From Raillietiella orientalis (taxonomy: Eukaryota), in NCBI GenBank assembly GCA_036172245.1, contig JAYWIR010000040.1:1178001-1242000 (forward strand): a stretch of 64,000 nt of DNA. Reading direction: 5' to 3'. Each line of letters starts with the position of its first letter. The first letter of the stretch is position 1. The notes under the pieces are model-generated. The model was not told where the DNA came from. It did no database searches and saw nothing but the letters and a program-made list of their open reading frames with translations. The translations under genes were made by a program, and so were the position numbers. Shown piece by piece: positions 36,853 through 48,513 of this stretch.

Positions 36853-37687
36853 GTTCCTGGTCATCTGCTTCCCGCTCCGCTTCCAGTTCAGCAAGCAGCG
36901 GGCCGCCGTGGTCATCGTCAACATCTGGCTGCTGTCGCTGCTGCTGACCCTACCGTGGGCGCTGTACTTCGACCTCCACCGACTGGACGGCTACCCGGAC
37001 GTCCTCGTGTGCATCGAGGCGTGGCCCGAGGGGCAGGACGGGAAGCTGTACTTTTTGGCGGTCCACCTGGTCCTCTGCTACGTGCTGCCGCTGATCGTCA
37101 TCTCCGTCTGCTACGCCCTCATCTGGGCGAAGGTGTGGTATCGCCAGATCCCAGGCGAGTCCAAGGACTCGCAACTGGAGAAGATGCGGCAGAAGTCCCG
37201 CTTCAAGGTGGTAAAGATGCTGATGGTCGTGGTCTTCTTCTTCGCGGCCTCCTGGGCGCCCCTGTACGCCATCTTCACCAGGATCCACTTCTTCGCGGAG
37301 CCGTCCTCGTGGGAGCAGCACCTCCTCGCCGTCGCCCTGCCCTTCGCCCAGTGGCTAGGGTCCGCCAACTCTTGCGTCAACCCCATCCTCTATGCGTTCT
37401 TCAGCGCCAAGTACCGCCGCGGGTTCGTGGCAGTCATCCGGCACTGTCGCTGCTGGGGCGCCCTCCGCGAGGACTACGCAGCCGGCGGAGGAGGCGGTGG
37501 CGCCCGATTCAACCGCAGCACCGTCAACTCGTACGTTCACGTGGGCGCGGGCCGCTACTGCGCCAGTGGCAGCAGCGGCGCCACGGCCTACCCACTGCGC
37601 CGCTCGGCGCGCGCCAACACCGAGCTGCTGCTGCCACCGCCGTCCGGGAGCGGCGCCGGCAAGGATCACCGGCTGCCGCCCGAGTAG
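36853..37687 (+). CDS. SIFaR: SIFamide receptor-like GPCR, exon 3 (DRF, TM4-TM7, C-tail)
   Basis: Acceptor cccttccag|G completes DRF. Contains TM6 FFFAASWAPLY and TM7 AQWLGSANSCVNPILY (NPxxY). Stop TAG at 37685-37687. Spliced CDS is 1344 nt = 447 aa. Confidence 0.95.
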
Positions 37688-39559
37688 GGGCCTCTCCCGG
37701 GCCCCTCCTCCCGCCTCCATGCCTTCCTCGACCACCCGTGGTCTCTCGCGACCGCCGGCATCTCCCTTGGAAACGCCTCCCATTCGACGGAGCTCCGAAC
37801 TCGCCGCTGACGAGGCGGGGCGACCCCGGACTGAAGGGGGGAAGGGGAAGAAAGAAAGAAAGAAAGGACTCGTCCCATAGGGAACGACCTCTGACTCACT
37901 CCACGCCCCCCTCCCTGGGGCATCCGGAAACCCGGAGCGCTCCCCACCGTCCCGAAGAGGAGGCGGAAGCAGCTGTGAGGTGGCCAAGGCGGCCCCCAGC
38001 AAGACTGCTGCTGCTCTCCTCCCCTCTCTCCGCAGCGGTTCCAAGGCGGGTCCGCGCATTCCGCGGCCCCGCGATTAGCCCTTCACGACTAGGGCGGAGA
38101 TCCCCCCCTTCACCAACGATCACCCCCCTTCTCTGAACCAAGAGGAGGCAATGGAACACCGGGGGAGGGGGTTGTGTCCCCCTCCTCCCCTCACCAGCGA
38201 TAACAACGAAGGACTCCGGCTCCCTTCGGACCCGCGCCATCGGCCGCTGCGGTTCTCCCCGGGCGTCGCCGCGGAAGAGGAGTCCGGGAGGGAAGGGCGG
38301 GAGGATGGGGAGGGGAACGAGTTCCGGAAGTCCCACTGAGAGAAGCAAAGGGGCGAGAGGGAGGAAAAGGAGTCCGTGTGGGCAGGGATCGCCCGGATGG
38401 AGGATTGGACCGCCCCAGGAATCCAAGGCACGCGGCGGCTAAGAAAAGACTCGAGACTTTCGGGGGAGGAACCCCGGAAGTCTCGAGCCATTCGTTTCCT
38501 AGGAGGAGGTTCCCTTCCTTCCTCCTCATGCCAAGAGGGTCCCTGGACCCGCGGGAGGTCCGAGGAGCGTGGCGGGCGGTCTGATGGGCTCAAGAGCACC
38601 TCTCTTAGGGTCGCCGCATCCCTCCGGGTGTCGACGCGGGAGCAGTCGGGACGCCGCTCCTCCCGGAAGTAGGCGGACGGCGGCGTAGCGCGCGGGACGC
38701 GACATTCCCGGACATCTGCAGTTGTTGCGCCCTCCGCCCCGTCGTCCTCAAGACTCTAGAGAGAGCCTGCTGACCATTCTACGCTGGCGCAGTGGTGAGC
38801 TTTATGTTCCCAGGGGCGACAAGGCAGGGAGGCGGACAGCGCGCCCGTTTCTGGCCGCCATCCTTCTAAGGGGTGAGAACGGGAACGGGTTCCGCTACTA
38901 GTCGAGGGCTTTTGCAACGCACCGGCGTCCCCAGGAGACACCTGGAGACGCCGGTGGGCGCGTCTAGAGTCGGAGAGGAGGGAGAAGGGAAGTCGGCGGA
39001 GAGGGAAGATGCCCCGCAGCTCGGCAGCGCCACCACGATGATACCAGGCTCCCTCGTCCTTCTCGAACACCGGGGTAATGTTGCTTGGAGGAAGGGGAAA
39101 GGGAGGGAATAGGACGCCCTGAGAAGGTGGGACCCCAGAGAGGAGGTAGCGACCGGATAGGAAGCCGGGACGGCAGCAGGACACGACACTCTCCCGGGTG
39201 CGAAGACGCTCTTCGGGGTGAGAGGCGGGGCGGTTCTTGCAGGCAGAGGGATCGGATCCTGTTCTCCATAGGCCATAGGCCGCGTGGGTCCTTGCGGCAG
39301 GAACGAGTGAGCTAGCGGCTCCGCCTTCCGCCGCGAGCGGAAAAGTTGGTGGCTCCGTGCGTGCCGACAGCTTCCACAAGCGGTGTTCCCCCGTCTCCCG
39401 TCGCAACGCCTCCCGTCTTTGCCCGGTTGATTCCCGGAGGCGTCTTGAGCGCCTCGGGGAGCCAACGGCCACTCTTTGCAGGTTTGCCGGAGCCCCCAGC
39501 TGTCCTTCGATCGGTTCCCCGTGTGGCTGACCCCACGCTGCCTTCCCTGCTAGCCTCTC

Positions 39560-41000
39560 TGGGGAACACATGGGTCGCTCCTCCCAAACGTGGGATTCAC
39601 CTCCGGGGAAAATTTATCGTCTCCAGGAATTAGTCCCGGAGCCGATTTTAACGTCCTTTGACCTCGCACCCTCGCTGAGGCCATTGGAGCACGCGGTGAT
39701 CTTTTGCGGGCATCTTCAGAGCGGAGTGGCAGAGCTCAGCACCGCCAGTAGGCGAAGCTGACCTACGTACGACTTGGGGGGCCGCTCGTCTTCCCTTGGG
39801 GAGTTGAGTGTGTCTCCTCGATCTTCCAGAAGGTTCCAAGTGCCTTCGGGGCATCCAATCGACTCCTTGTGTTTCTCTGCAGCCAGGCAGGCAGCGTCCC
39901 TGGCTCGTCTCCCGTGGGCCGTGGGGGTGCGCAGCAGCAGGCTGTTCGGCTGGTTTCCCATGCTTTCCCACGTCCCGGACGTTTACGTGCATCTTCTTTC
40001 TCAGAGGGTTGCATGGGACTCTTGTGGCGCCACCAGGGTATGATTGTGCTCTCCATCATGGGGTTCCTTTCAGGAGGCTGTCAGCAGGGAACACAGCTTT
40101 TCTCGAGATGAGTGCAGCCTGGACCACGCGCGCGATGGGATCAAGGGCACTTTCGAAATTCTGAAGTATCGCGGTGGGAGGTGCCGTTGGTCAGCAGGAC
40201 GACTCCGAGAGCTCAAGGAAAATGGTTGACTTTCCAGGCGGGGCGCAAGAGTTCCCAAGAAACCAGCACTGTTCCTCAGGCGGTTCCTACTTGACTCGAA
40301 CGTGCGCTTTTCTCTGAGGTCAAGGGAATGGAAAGGAGAGCATCTTTCCGATCGGAGATCCGTTCTTGCGTGGAGAGCGCGCTCGACGGACGAGCAGCGC
40401 CAGCGGGTTGTCGGCGGGCGATGCAGACGCATCATGGAGAGGGAGGAGGGGAGGAATAGGGGCCTGGAAGAGGTACGCAGGTGTGCTGCCCATGTCTTCC
40501 CGGCTTTTCCTTCACCACGTGCATGGCAGGAAGTTGCGTCGAAATCTCGGTCGCCAGCGGACGGAGGTGGAAGCCTCCATCCAGCATCTTGGAGCCCTGC
40601 CCCGGGCTCCTACGGCTAGAGATCCTTCGCCCACTTCCAAGGCAAGAGAAGACCACACTGGGGGACTGCAAGAGTTCGAGTCTGACAGTGATCCGGGAAA
40701 GGCTGGTGGGAAGGAGGGAGGTGCGGGTTGCGGACCTGGGAACCGATCCTTCGGTTGCCAGAGAGATCTGGAGGCGGGTGGTGCAGACCCACATGGGAGA
40801 AGCCCTTGGCGACAGCAGCCGGGGGGCCTGGCCGCAGACTGCCGCGGCCCAGAGTAACGGAAGTCGGAGTTGCGCAGGAAGTGCTCCCGTTCTCCCTCAC
40901 TCTACAGAAGGACAGCGCGCGCGCGTCCATGCCCACGGTTCCAGGCACGCTCACGACCGCGCGACCTGAGAGAGGAGGGACCGAGGGGAAAGCTCTGAGG
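39560..41000 (+). pseudogene. Highly decayed L1/Tx1-like ORF2 3' half
   Basis: Motif-like peptides in canonical order across shifting frames: KRGIHLRG, FQVPSGHPID (F..SG..IN), ILKYRG (KYLG), LSRRGARV (LS..GR), EEGRNRGL (EGGLG), IWRRV, EVLPF and PCPRF (CPRC). Judged by eye only. Confidence 0.45.
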
Positions 41001-41118
41001 TGCCACGAAGGAGGCCGCATCCTGGAAGTCGCAGAAACTCTGGGACCACCCGAATCCCAGGTCCGAGAAGGGCTGGTCTTCCGATTTCAGGAATTGCCAT
41101 CGTCCAGAACAACAGACC

Positions 41119-41771
41119 CTTCAAGTTACAGGAGGCAACCCCGTAGGGACCATCCTATGAATCCAGGAAGGGCTCCGGAGGAAGGAGTCCGTCCCTCTCC
41201 CACGCTTGGGAGGGAACCCCGAAGAGAACCCTCGCCCTAGTTGTCTCCGAAAAGAACCTCCTTTTCCTTGTTCTCTCCGGAGAGACCTTCCGGTTTGTGG
41301 GGCCACTCCTGGAATTTCTTCTACGGAGGGATCCCGCAAGGGAATCGTCTCTTCTTTTCTCCTCCTCTGATGAGAACTCCGAAGGGAGCCTTCCCAAAGG
41401 GAGCAGCGCGCTTCTTGGACACTCTGGAGAGTGATCGATCTACCAGCTCCACGGTAGGAGATGGAAGGTCACTCCCGAGAGGGAGAATACAGTCCCATTT
41501 TCCCAACCGGAGGGAAACGGCTTCTTGATGCCCTAGAAGGACCCCGGAGGGTCCATTCCCAATCCCGACCAGTCAACGGTGGCACCCGGTTTCCACCGGT
41601 TTCTCACCCAAAGCCTTCAGACCAACAAGAGTCATCTTGAGGAGGGACTCGAAACCCACGACACCTCCCCCCCCATCCCTATTTCTTGATTTGGATCCTT
41701 CCCCGGGCGAGATTCGAACCCACAGCGCGCTTTGGTACCACATGGCGCGGAGACCGCAGCCACGCGGCCGC
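41119..41771 (-). mobile_element. tRNA-derived SINE-like element, copy C (inverted)
   Basis: Reverse complement reads ggcggccgcgtggctgcggtctcc...GGGTTCGAATCTC (B box at 41711-41720)...gggtttcgagtccc...ctctccagagtgtccaagaagcgcgctgctccc...cctggattcataggatggtccc...aacttgaag, colinear with copies A and B. Confidence 0.8.
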
Positions 41772-43344
41772 CAACGCGAGGTTTCGAAGGCCGACTAGAA
41801 GGGCGCGTTCGCCCGGGAGGTGGTCGGTCAGCGCGGCTGCAGAGGCTCCTGCTGATCTTCCTGCCCGGAGAGCGCCGCCGTTCTTCGAGAGCGGGGCCGG
41901 GCTTGCTTGCAGCACGCGGCGTGCTCTAACGCGGCCGGCTGCTGCTGGGGCCGTAGGTTGCGTAGCAACCGGTCGCCCAGAGAGGCGGCGGCGGAGGACC
42001 CCGAGCAGAAAGCCTCTTGTGGCGCGTCTCAGCCCTTCGCTCTGCCGAGCCCGAGTGAAGGGGCGGGCCGCTGCTGCTCGGGCGCTTTCTGGAGCGGACA
42101 TCCACTTCGAACAAACGCCGGCGCCGAGAGGCTGCAATTCCTCGAGAAAGATATCTTCCGGGATGGGGACCTTCCTCGAAGGGGAGGTCGCGTGTGCGCA
42201 CGTGGCAGAGCGTGCGGCGCAGAGACCACGCGCGCCAATCCGCGTTCAGGAACGTGCACGTACGCGTACCTGCGGGCTGCACGGAACCGTGCAAACGCAA
42301 TCACGCAAACGTGCGTATTCACAAATACGTGGTGTACAACCGAGACCTCCCCCCCATGAGTATTTGCATGCTGGGTACGTTAGCAACGTGTTGCACTACG
42401 TGTGCGTTCTGTGTGTCTGTCCATCGCAGTTGCCCGGGTTTTCTCACGCGCACGGGTGTACGGGATGTGTGCCACCGCGTTGCACATTGAGATCCCTTCC
42501 TGTCCCCGCCGCATCCTGTGCGCACGCACGTTTATCCGTGCGCAGCTCTCGAGCGCAACGACCGCACGTGCGGAACCGCGAGAGCGCACTGCCCGCGACG
42601 GGTGGCCTGTTTCAGAGTGACTCCGCGAGGCGACGCCACTGCGGCAAAAAAAACCGCCCGATCCGGCGCGTGGGTGCGCTGTCGACGGAAGCGCCTCCGG
42701 TGCCCGGCTGGGCAAGCTCGCGAGGAACACGCTCTCCCTGCACGGTAGGTGGCGCGGGCAGGCAGTGCGCGGCAGCACCCCCGGCAGCCGGAGGCTCGCC
42801 GGCTGCTGGGATCGCCGAGATCCCTGCTCGCCAGCGCGCGCCACCGAACGGAGAGCCGCCGATGTTCCCGGAATGAACAGCACAGGAAACCTCCTGGACT
42901 GGACTTCGAGGGAGGGACCGGGGTCCTCGAGGGTCGACCGTGCCTGCGGGGGATGGAGGTCTCTCCAAACCACCAGGTAGAACGAAGGGATGCGGCCTTG
43001 CATCTCTTGAGGTGGTCATCCCACCAGAGGAGATGCGAGCGAGGGGAGGAGTCGGGGAAAGGGCTGAGCTTCTGCCTGAGCTGTCCAAACACGTGGTCAC
43101 GAAACGCCCTCTCGCCGAGGCAAAGTGTTTCCGAGAAAGCCTTCCGGTGGCTCAGGCCCGTTGCTAGGATCCGGCATCTCTCGTGAGTTTTGTTCTCATC
43201 CACTTTGTGATTTTCTTTCTCCCTTTTTCCTGCCTCCTCTTTTCGTGAGCCTCCCAAGCTTTTCCCCTTCCGCAGCCCCCCCAAAATTTCCCACTTCCCG
43301 GGAAACCGTTACCCAGGACTACGGTTTGCGCTTCCTTTCTGAAG

Positions 43345-43379
43345 ATCACGACTTCGTTCTCCCACGCTCAGGACTGCAG
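43345..43379 (+). other. Probable 5' (UTR) mini-exon of the glutaredoxin gene
   Basis: Flanked by cttcctttctgaag| and CAG|gtgagc. The next acceptor (ctcttcctctgcag|C ATG) lies 1 nt before the start codon, so an upstream exon is implied. Confidence 0.4.
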
Positions 43380-43553
43380 GTGAGCGGGGAGGACTTCTCG
43401 AGAGGCGGCCCGGTCCCTCCCCTGGCAGAGGAGGCCCGCACCCGACCGCCTGCCGGGTCTCCGCCTTCCGCAGCGGGAGCTGCACGGCGCGCGGGGGGGG
43501 TCTCTCTATCTCTCGGGGAGGGGGGCTGACCCTCTCTCCTCTTCCTCTGCAGC

Positions 43554-43757
43554 ATGACGAGCCGGAAGATCGGAAGCTGCGCCAACTGCCACTCCATCTG
43601 CCCGTCAAAGACCGGGAAGAGGTGCAGCGGCTGCTTGGAAAAGAAGTGTCCTCAGTTCAAAGAGTACGTCCGCCAGTACCTGCAGGACTTTGTGGACTGC
43701 CACGAGGTGGTGCTGGTGTCGAGGAGGTGCTGCCCGCACTGCGACCGAGCTAAGAAG
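43554..43757 (+). CDS. Glutaredoxin with Cys-rich extensions, coding exon 1 (CPHC active site)
   Basis: MTSRKIGSCANCHSIC...CSGC...EVVLVSRRCCPHCDRAKK, phase-0 donor AAG|gtgggt. Confidence 0.85.
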
Positions 43758-44019
43758 GTGGGTTTCGCGCTGGCGGGGCCGTGCGGGGAGGGAGGAATTG
43801 CGGATCACCCCCCACCTCTCCCCCCTTCCCAGCGAACACCTCCCATCCATTTCTTCCCCCATCCCCACATCTCGCCCTGGGAAGGCGGGAGCGTGTCCCC
43901 AGGCGGCTCCGATCGGCCGAACCTCCTTCCCCTCTTTCACCGTTTACCGGGGAAACCCGATGAGGGGCTCCTACACCTCTGGGGTGACCTTCCACGCTTA
44001 CCCCCTCCACCTCCCCCAG

Positions 44020-44124
44020 ATTCTGGAGCAGAAGTGCATCGCCTACGAGACTCTGGAGCTAGACGACCACGGGGACGCAGCCGTCTTCTCGGAGGTGCTG
44101 GACGAGGAGACGGGAAGCCGCAGC
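44020..44124 (+). CDS. Glutaredoxin coding exon 2
   Basis: ctcccccag|ILEQKCIAYETLELDDHGDAAVFSEVLDEETGSRS|gtgagc, 105 nt, phase 0/0. Matches the Grx pattern L....Y..ELD...L...TG.R. Confidence 0.88.
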
Positions 44125-44177
44125 GTGAGCGATGTGTCCCTGGGGGCACCGGAAGTCCCTCTGACTTTTCCCGCTAG

Positions 44178-44687
44178 GTGCCGAGGGTCTTCATACAGGG
44201 CAGCTGCATCGGCGGCAGCGACGACCTCGAGAAGCTGAGCCGCGCCGGAAAGTTGAAGGACCTTCTGCGGTGCCCCGATGGCCCGCGGCGGCATCACCTC
44301 CAATCGCGACAGGCAGACTCCAGGCGGACGGTGGTGGTGGAGAGGCGGGCGCGGGAAGGCGGTTGCTTCCCGGAGAGGAGGGCCGAGGAGGACCGGGCCG
44401 AGGAAGAGGACGAGGAGGCCGCGGCGCGGCGCTGCCGGGCGCGCGCGTTCCGCCCTCGCCTGGCTGGTTCCTCGGAGTGGTACCACGACCAGTGGGACGA
44501 CAAGGAGGCCGCTCATCGCTCCCGTCACCTAGAGCAGCCGCTTCCTCAGGAGCTCTGCCCGAGGTTCGTCTGCGGCTGCTCCCGGTGCACCGCCGGTAGA
44601 GGGCGCTTCCAGGAGGACGCCCTGAGGGAGAGGAAGGCTCGGCCCCTGGAGGGCCGGTGCATCCGCTGTAACGGCAAGCTGGGATGA
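44178..44687 (+). CDS. Glutaredoxin coding exon 3 (VP and GG motifs plus long C-terminal extension)
   Basis: 53-nt intron ending ccgctag|. (S)VPRVFIQGSCIGGSDDL carries the Grx cis-Pro and GGxD glutathione-binding motifs. The frame stays open to TGA at 44685-44687. Confidence 0.85.
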   Translation: MPRVFIQGSCIGGSDDLEKLSRAGKLKDLLRCPDGPRRHHLQSRQADSRRTVVVERRAREGGCFPERRAEEDRAEEEDEEAAARRCRARAFRPRLAGSSEWYHDQWDDKEAAHRSRHLEQPLPQELCPRFVCGCSRCTAGRGRFQEDALRERKARPLEGRCIRCNGKLG

Positions 44688-46898
44688 GTGATAGCGCATA
44701 AAACGAGTCTCACGCAAATGCTGCGCGAGTGGAAGGGGAGGAGTCACGGGTCTCCCTCCCATCCCTCGGGGGAGGGAACGGGCTCCCGAGGTCAGTAGCA
44801 GCAGAGGTCACGGGAACGAGCGTTCCCTGGGGAGGGAGGCACCAATGACGGAGTGCCCTGTTGTGCGGCGCGCGGGGAGAGCAGCCGTCGTCATGGTAAT
44901 CCTCCGGAAAGTCGTTCCTCGCGAAGGCGGGCATCTGTCCGCTTCGGAGGCGGGAGGGGAGGTCCCTGGACCACACTGGGAGCCTCCACGGAGGCAGAAG
45001 ACCTTGAGGGACGTGGACGTAAGGAGAAGAAGACGGAGACACCAGCAGCGGAAGCAGGCGGACCCGAGGCGTTCGTGGGAACGGCAACTACCCCGCCCGC
45101 CCTCACAGGCAGGCTCTTTGGGAGAGAAGAAGAGGGAGGAGGATCATTCCCGGATGCAGACCCCTTCCTGTCCCGGAAACCGGAGGAGATCGGTGCGCGA
45201 TCGCCCAAACCTCCTCCGAGCCACCAGGGAGACGACAGGTAGCGACGTGTGGTCTCTGCGGCAGCCGGCGGGGAGGGGCGAGCGCCGAGGGAGGCAGAAG
45301 GGGGTGGCCCGTGAGCCCCAGCTGCGCGACCTCCCTCTCTACTCCTTGGGCGCGCCCCTTTGGTCCTCCCCAGCCGACCGCCTGTTGGTCCCGGAGGCAC
45401 GGTAGCAGACGGCGCGCTCAGTTCCCGGAGAGGACCCCCTCTCCTGCGTGGAACAAGACGGAACCGACTCATCTCGGCACATGGTTCCGGAACGCTCCCT
45501 TCTCCCTTGTCTCTCCCCCTCCTCCTTTTCTTTGAACGCCCGTCGGAAGTCGCGCATCTCCCCGGGGAGCTAAAGGCGCTTGTCGCGCCCACCGCTTTCA
45601 TGCTGCCCTCATTGCCACGTTTACGGGAAACTTCGGCGAGCCGCTCCGCTGGCTGCGGATGGAAAGGAGGGGTCCCGTCGACAGGATCGCTTCGGGTCTC
45701 ATCACCTCCCTCCCCCCTCCTTCTTCATGGTGCCCAACGGGTGGCGATGGGGATCTGCCGCTGCTCGCGTACCCTCCCTGCGTTGTTTTGGGACATCCCG
45801 GTAGGCGGCGGCGAAAACGCGAGGGTGGGGTCCAGCATTGATCTCTGGTACCCCTGGAGCCGAGGAGGGGCCGGGAAACATGGACCCGCTGCGAGGACCA
45901 TCCGGGAGGGAGCGGACCATCCGAGGAAGCTGGGACGCCCTGATCCGCGACCCGCTGGGGCTGGGGCGAGACAGTCGCCGCCTCTGCTGGTGTTCGCCTT
46001 GAGAAGGGGTCTACTCTCCCTCTTCCCTCGGGGTCAGGTAAGGACCAAGCACTCCAGTGGAGCCAGAAACGAGATGGCGCTCGTGTGCCATCCAAGAGAG
46101 GCAGGGAAGTTCGGGAGCCTCCGTCCTCCACCGCTGGTGCCCTGGAAAGGCTCCAGGCTATAAAGCGTGGGGCCCAGGTGCCATGAAGGACCCCTCGCGC
46201 AGTCGCAGACGGCGCTGAAGGATGAGAGCCCTCCTCCTCCTTCCCTCTTCCTCCCCAACACCTGCTGCCACCGTGGGTCACCCGGTAACGCTGCCACCAC
46301 CGCGCTGGACCGGGGATCCGGCAGTGAGGGACGGGAGCTGCTGGCGGGCGGAAGCCACGTCGGCGACGGCGAGGTCGTCGGGATTCGGGAGATCGCTCCT
46401 ACTGACGAGGGAGATGCCTGCCCTTGGGAGGAAAGTAGCGGTGCCTACGACCCCGCGGGAGCAGTTCTGGACTAAAGCCAGTCCGGGGCTTCTCGGGGCT
46501 TTCGCTGGGGTCGCTCCAGGAGGGACGAGGAGTGAGGAGATCCTCTCGGAGCGAGGGGTCTGGGCGTGACCCTTCCTGACCTTACCGCGTCCTCCTTCTC
46601 TCGCGTTCGGCGCTGCGTCATGCCGCGGGCAGGTGCTCCCCTCCCTGCTGACCCACTGGAGCGTCCTTCTGGAGCTCGAGAGGGCTGCGGCAGGTCTCCT
46701 CCACCGCCGGCGCTTGCAATGCGCGCGCGCCCGAGGCGTTCGTATGGCTGCTTGCTGGCACCGCGGCTCCCAGGCTTGCAAAGGTGAAGAGCGTTTTTTT
46801 GGCACCTGCGCGTTCTCCGCGACGTCCACCCCTGCAGGGATGCTGCTGGCGGAGCATATAGCTCTGGTGCGAGGTCAGAGAAGAGTTCAGAAATCCCT

Positions 46899-46904
46899 TT
46901 TATT
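46899..46904 (-). promoter_or_regulatory. Candidate polyadenylation signal of PLCXD-like gene A
   Basis: AATAAA on the minus strand (tttatt on +), ~205 nt downstream of the stop codon in otherwise GC-rich DNA. Confidence 0.55.
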
Positions 46905-47108
46905 GCAGCCAGAGGCTGTCGGGTCTTGGCGTGGTACGGAGTCCTGCGCGCTCACCGCGCCCGGAGGAAGGCGGCGGCGGTGGTGGTGGTGGTGGAGGGG
47001 AGTTTTTCTTCGTCGGTCCACCCGCCAGCAGATGCGAGAGGGCGGGTCGGGTCAAGAGGGCGTCCTCGGAACCTCCCTGGTTCGGGACCGGGAGCGCAGG
47101 CGATCCTC

Positions 47109-47949
47109 TCAGCTCCTCCTCACCTTCGCCCTGCGCAGGTTAGACCGGATGCTGACGTCCACCACGTCGGTAGCTCGGAAGAAGTCCACCGCGACGATGT
47201 TGGCGCTGTCCCACCAGAGCTCCTCGTACCAGTAGGATATGTTCCTGGCGACCTCCGCGGCCAGGTGGCGCAGGCCGCGGCTGGGCCGGAAGATGATGTC
47301 CCACGAGGTGGGTGTCATCTCCGCCATGCTGGCCCATAGATAGGGGTAGCTCCTGCTGCTCTCCACGACTGTCTTCAGGTAGCTTCCCAGGGATTCCACC
47401 GTCTGCTTGTCCCCCCACTTCTGGGTGATGGAGGGCCACAGCCAGTGGTGGCTGCGGACCACCTCTTGGTGCGCGTGGGCAATGATGAGGCGCTTGCCCT
47501 GGGCCCAGAGCTCGTTGGGAGTCACCTGCATTCCCATGGACCGGGGAGCGATCCACTGCCCGAGGGCTCTGTACAGGTCTCTTGTGACCAGGTCGTGAGC
47601 CGAAGGGTTCTTCCGGAACCCTCGTGGGAAGCGGTGCAGGTCCAGGATGACGATCTCCTTGGTCAGCTCCAGGAAGCTTCCCAGGCCGACGACCAGCTCC
47701 TTCCAGGGGTTGACCTCGAACTTGTCATGGTTCATCCAGATCTTCTCCAGGGAGCGGGGGTAGTACCCCAGCCGAATGTCCAGGTAGCGGATCCCGTACA
47801 TCAGCTGGTGGAAGATGTCCTCGTCCTGGCAGATGATGAAGCGGGACAGCAGGTCGTCCTTCGTCTTCCTGCTGAACTTCTTGTAGCTGCCGCTGCCGTG
47901 GGTCCCCGGGATCATCAGTTTCCTTAGGGGGATGTCACCGATTTCGTGC
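47109..47949 (-). CDS. PI-PLC X-domain protein (PLCXD-like) A, last exon (catalytic TIM barrel)
   Basis: Acceptor ccttccag|G. Motifs LMIPGTHGSGSY, CQDEDIFHQLMYGIRYLDIR, WMNH, EIVILDLHRF and NIVAVDFF. Stop TGA. Confidence 0.92.
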
Positions 47950-48155
47950 CTGGAAGGCATGGGTTGGAGGCAGAAGTGGCAGCGAGGTCGGTACGCCCCG
48001 GGGAGATAAGGGCGTACCCCGCTCATCGGAGAGGGTGGGAGGAGGAAGTGGCGCTGCCGCGCGGGGGGCGCAGAGAGCCAAAGAGAAGGGGATGGGATGG
48101 GATGCCCGTCCGCGCCGGTCTTTCCCCCACCCTCAACCGGAGCAGCGCGTACAAC

Positions 48156-48513
48156 CTGGAGTCCCACATCCATGTGGCCTGCGTCCTCAGGCAGCCGGCG
48201 GAGAGCAGGGTGCCGTTCCTAATGTACGTTGCGCGGTAACCAAGGCAGCTGGGCGTCGAGGTGACGTTGGGGTACTCGAAGTGCACCCCCGTGCGGCAAC
48301 TCCCGTGGGGGGCGCTGACGGGCAGGGCTACCAGCGGCAGCGCAGAGACCTCTGGCTCGCCGCCGTCCGGGACGGCGTGCAGCTCCACGAGGTCGAAGGG
48401 CTCCGCGACCTGCATGTCCCAGTTCAGCAGGATCTCTCGGCTGACGAAGGTCTTCCTGGAGAGGTCCTCGATGAGCGGCGACAGCGTCAGGAATACCCGG
48501 GGCGCGAGAGCGC
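48156..48513 (-). CDS. PLCXD-like gene A, upstream exon (N-terminal domain)
   Basis: Acceptor cctttccag|GC. PRVFLTLSPL...REILLNW...CLGYRATYIRNG...CLRTQATWMWDS aligns with paralogue B. Donor AG|gttgta joins the next exon in frame across a 206-nt intron. The start/signal-peptide exon was not found. Confidence 0.88.

Noticed and set aside
36103..38136. 677-aa ORF over the GPCR 3' exons
   Set aside because: It is an alternative frame of GC3-rich exons plus intron sequence. The real product is the spliced receptor.
44685..44900. Glutaredoxin TGA as selenocysteine or readthrough (frame stays open; atgacgg...ccgtcgtcat hairpin near 44845-44895)
   Set aside because: The TGA is not in a redox motif, and the hairpin lacks a recognisable SECIS quartet and apical AA.
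46395..46465. Hammerhead-like CTGACGA...GAAA-GTAG/CTAC; also CTGATGA at ~41367 in the SINE
   Set aside because: Stem II is not adjacent to GAAA and the UH cleavage triplet is missing. At 41367 no GAAA follows the stem.
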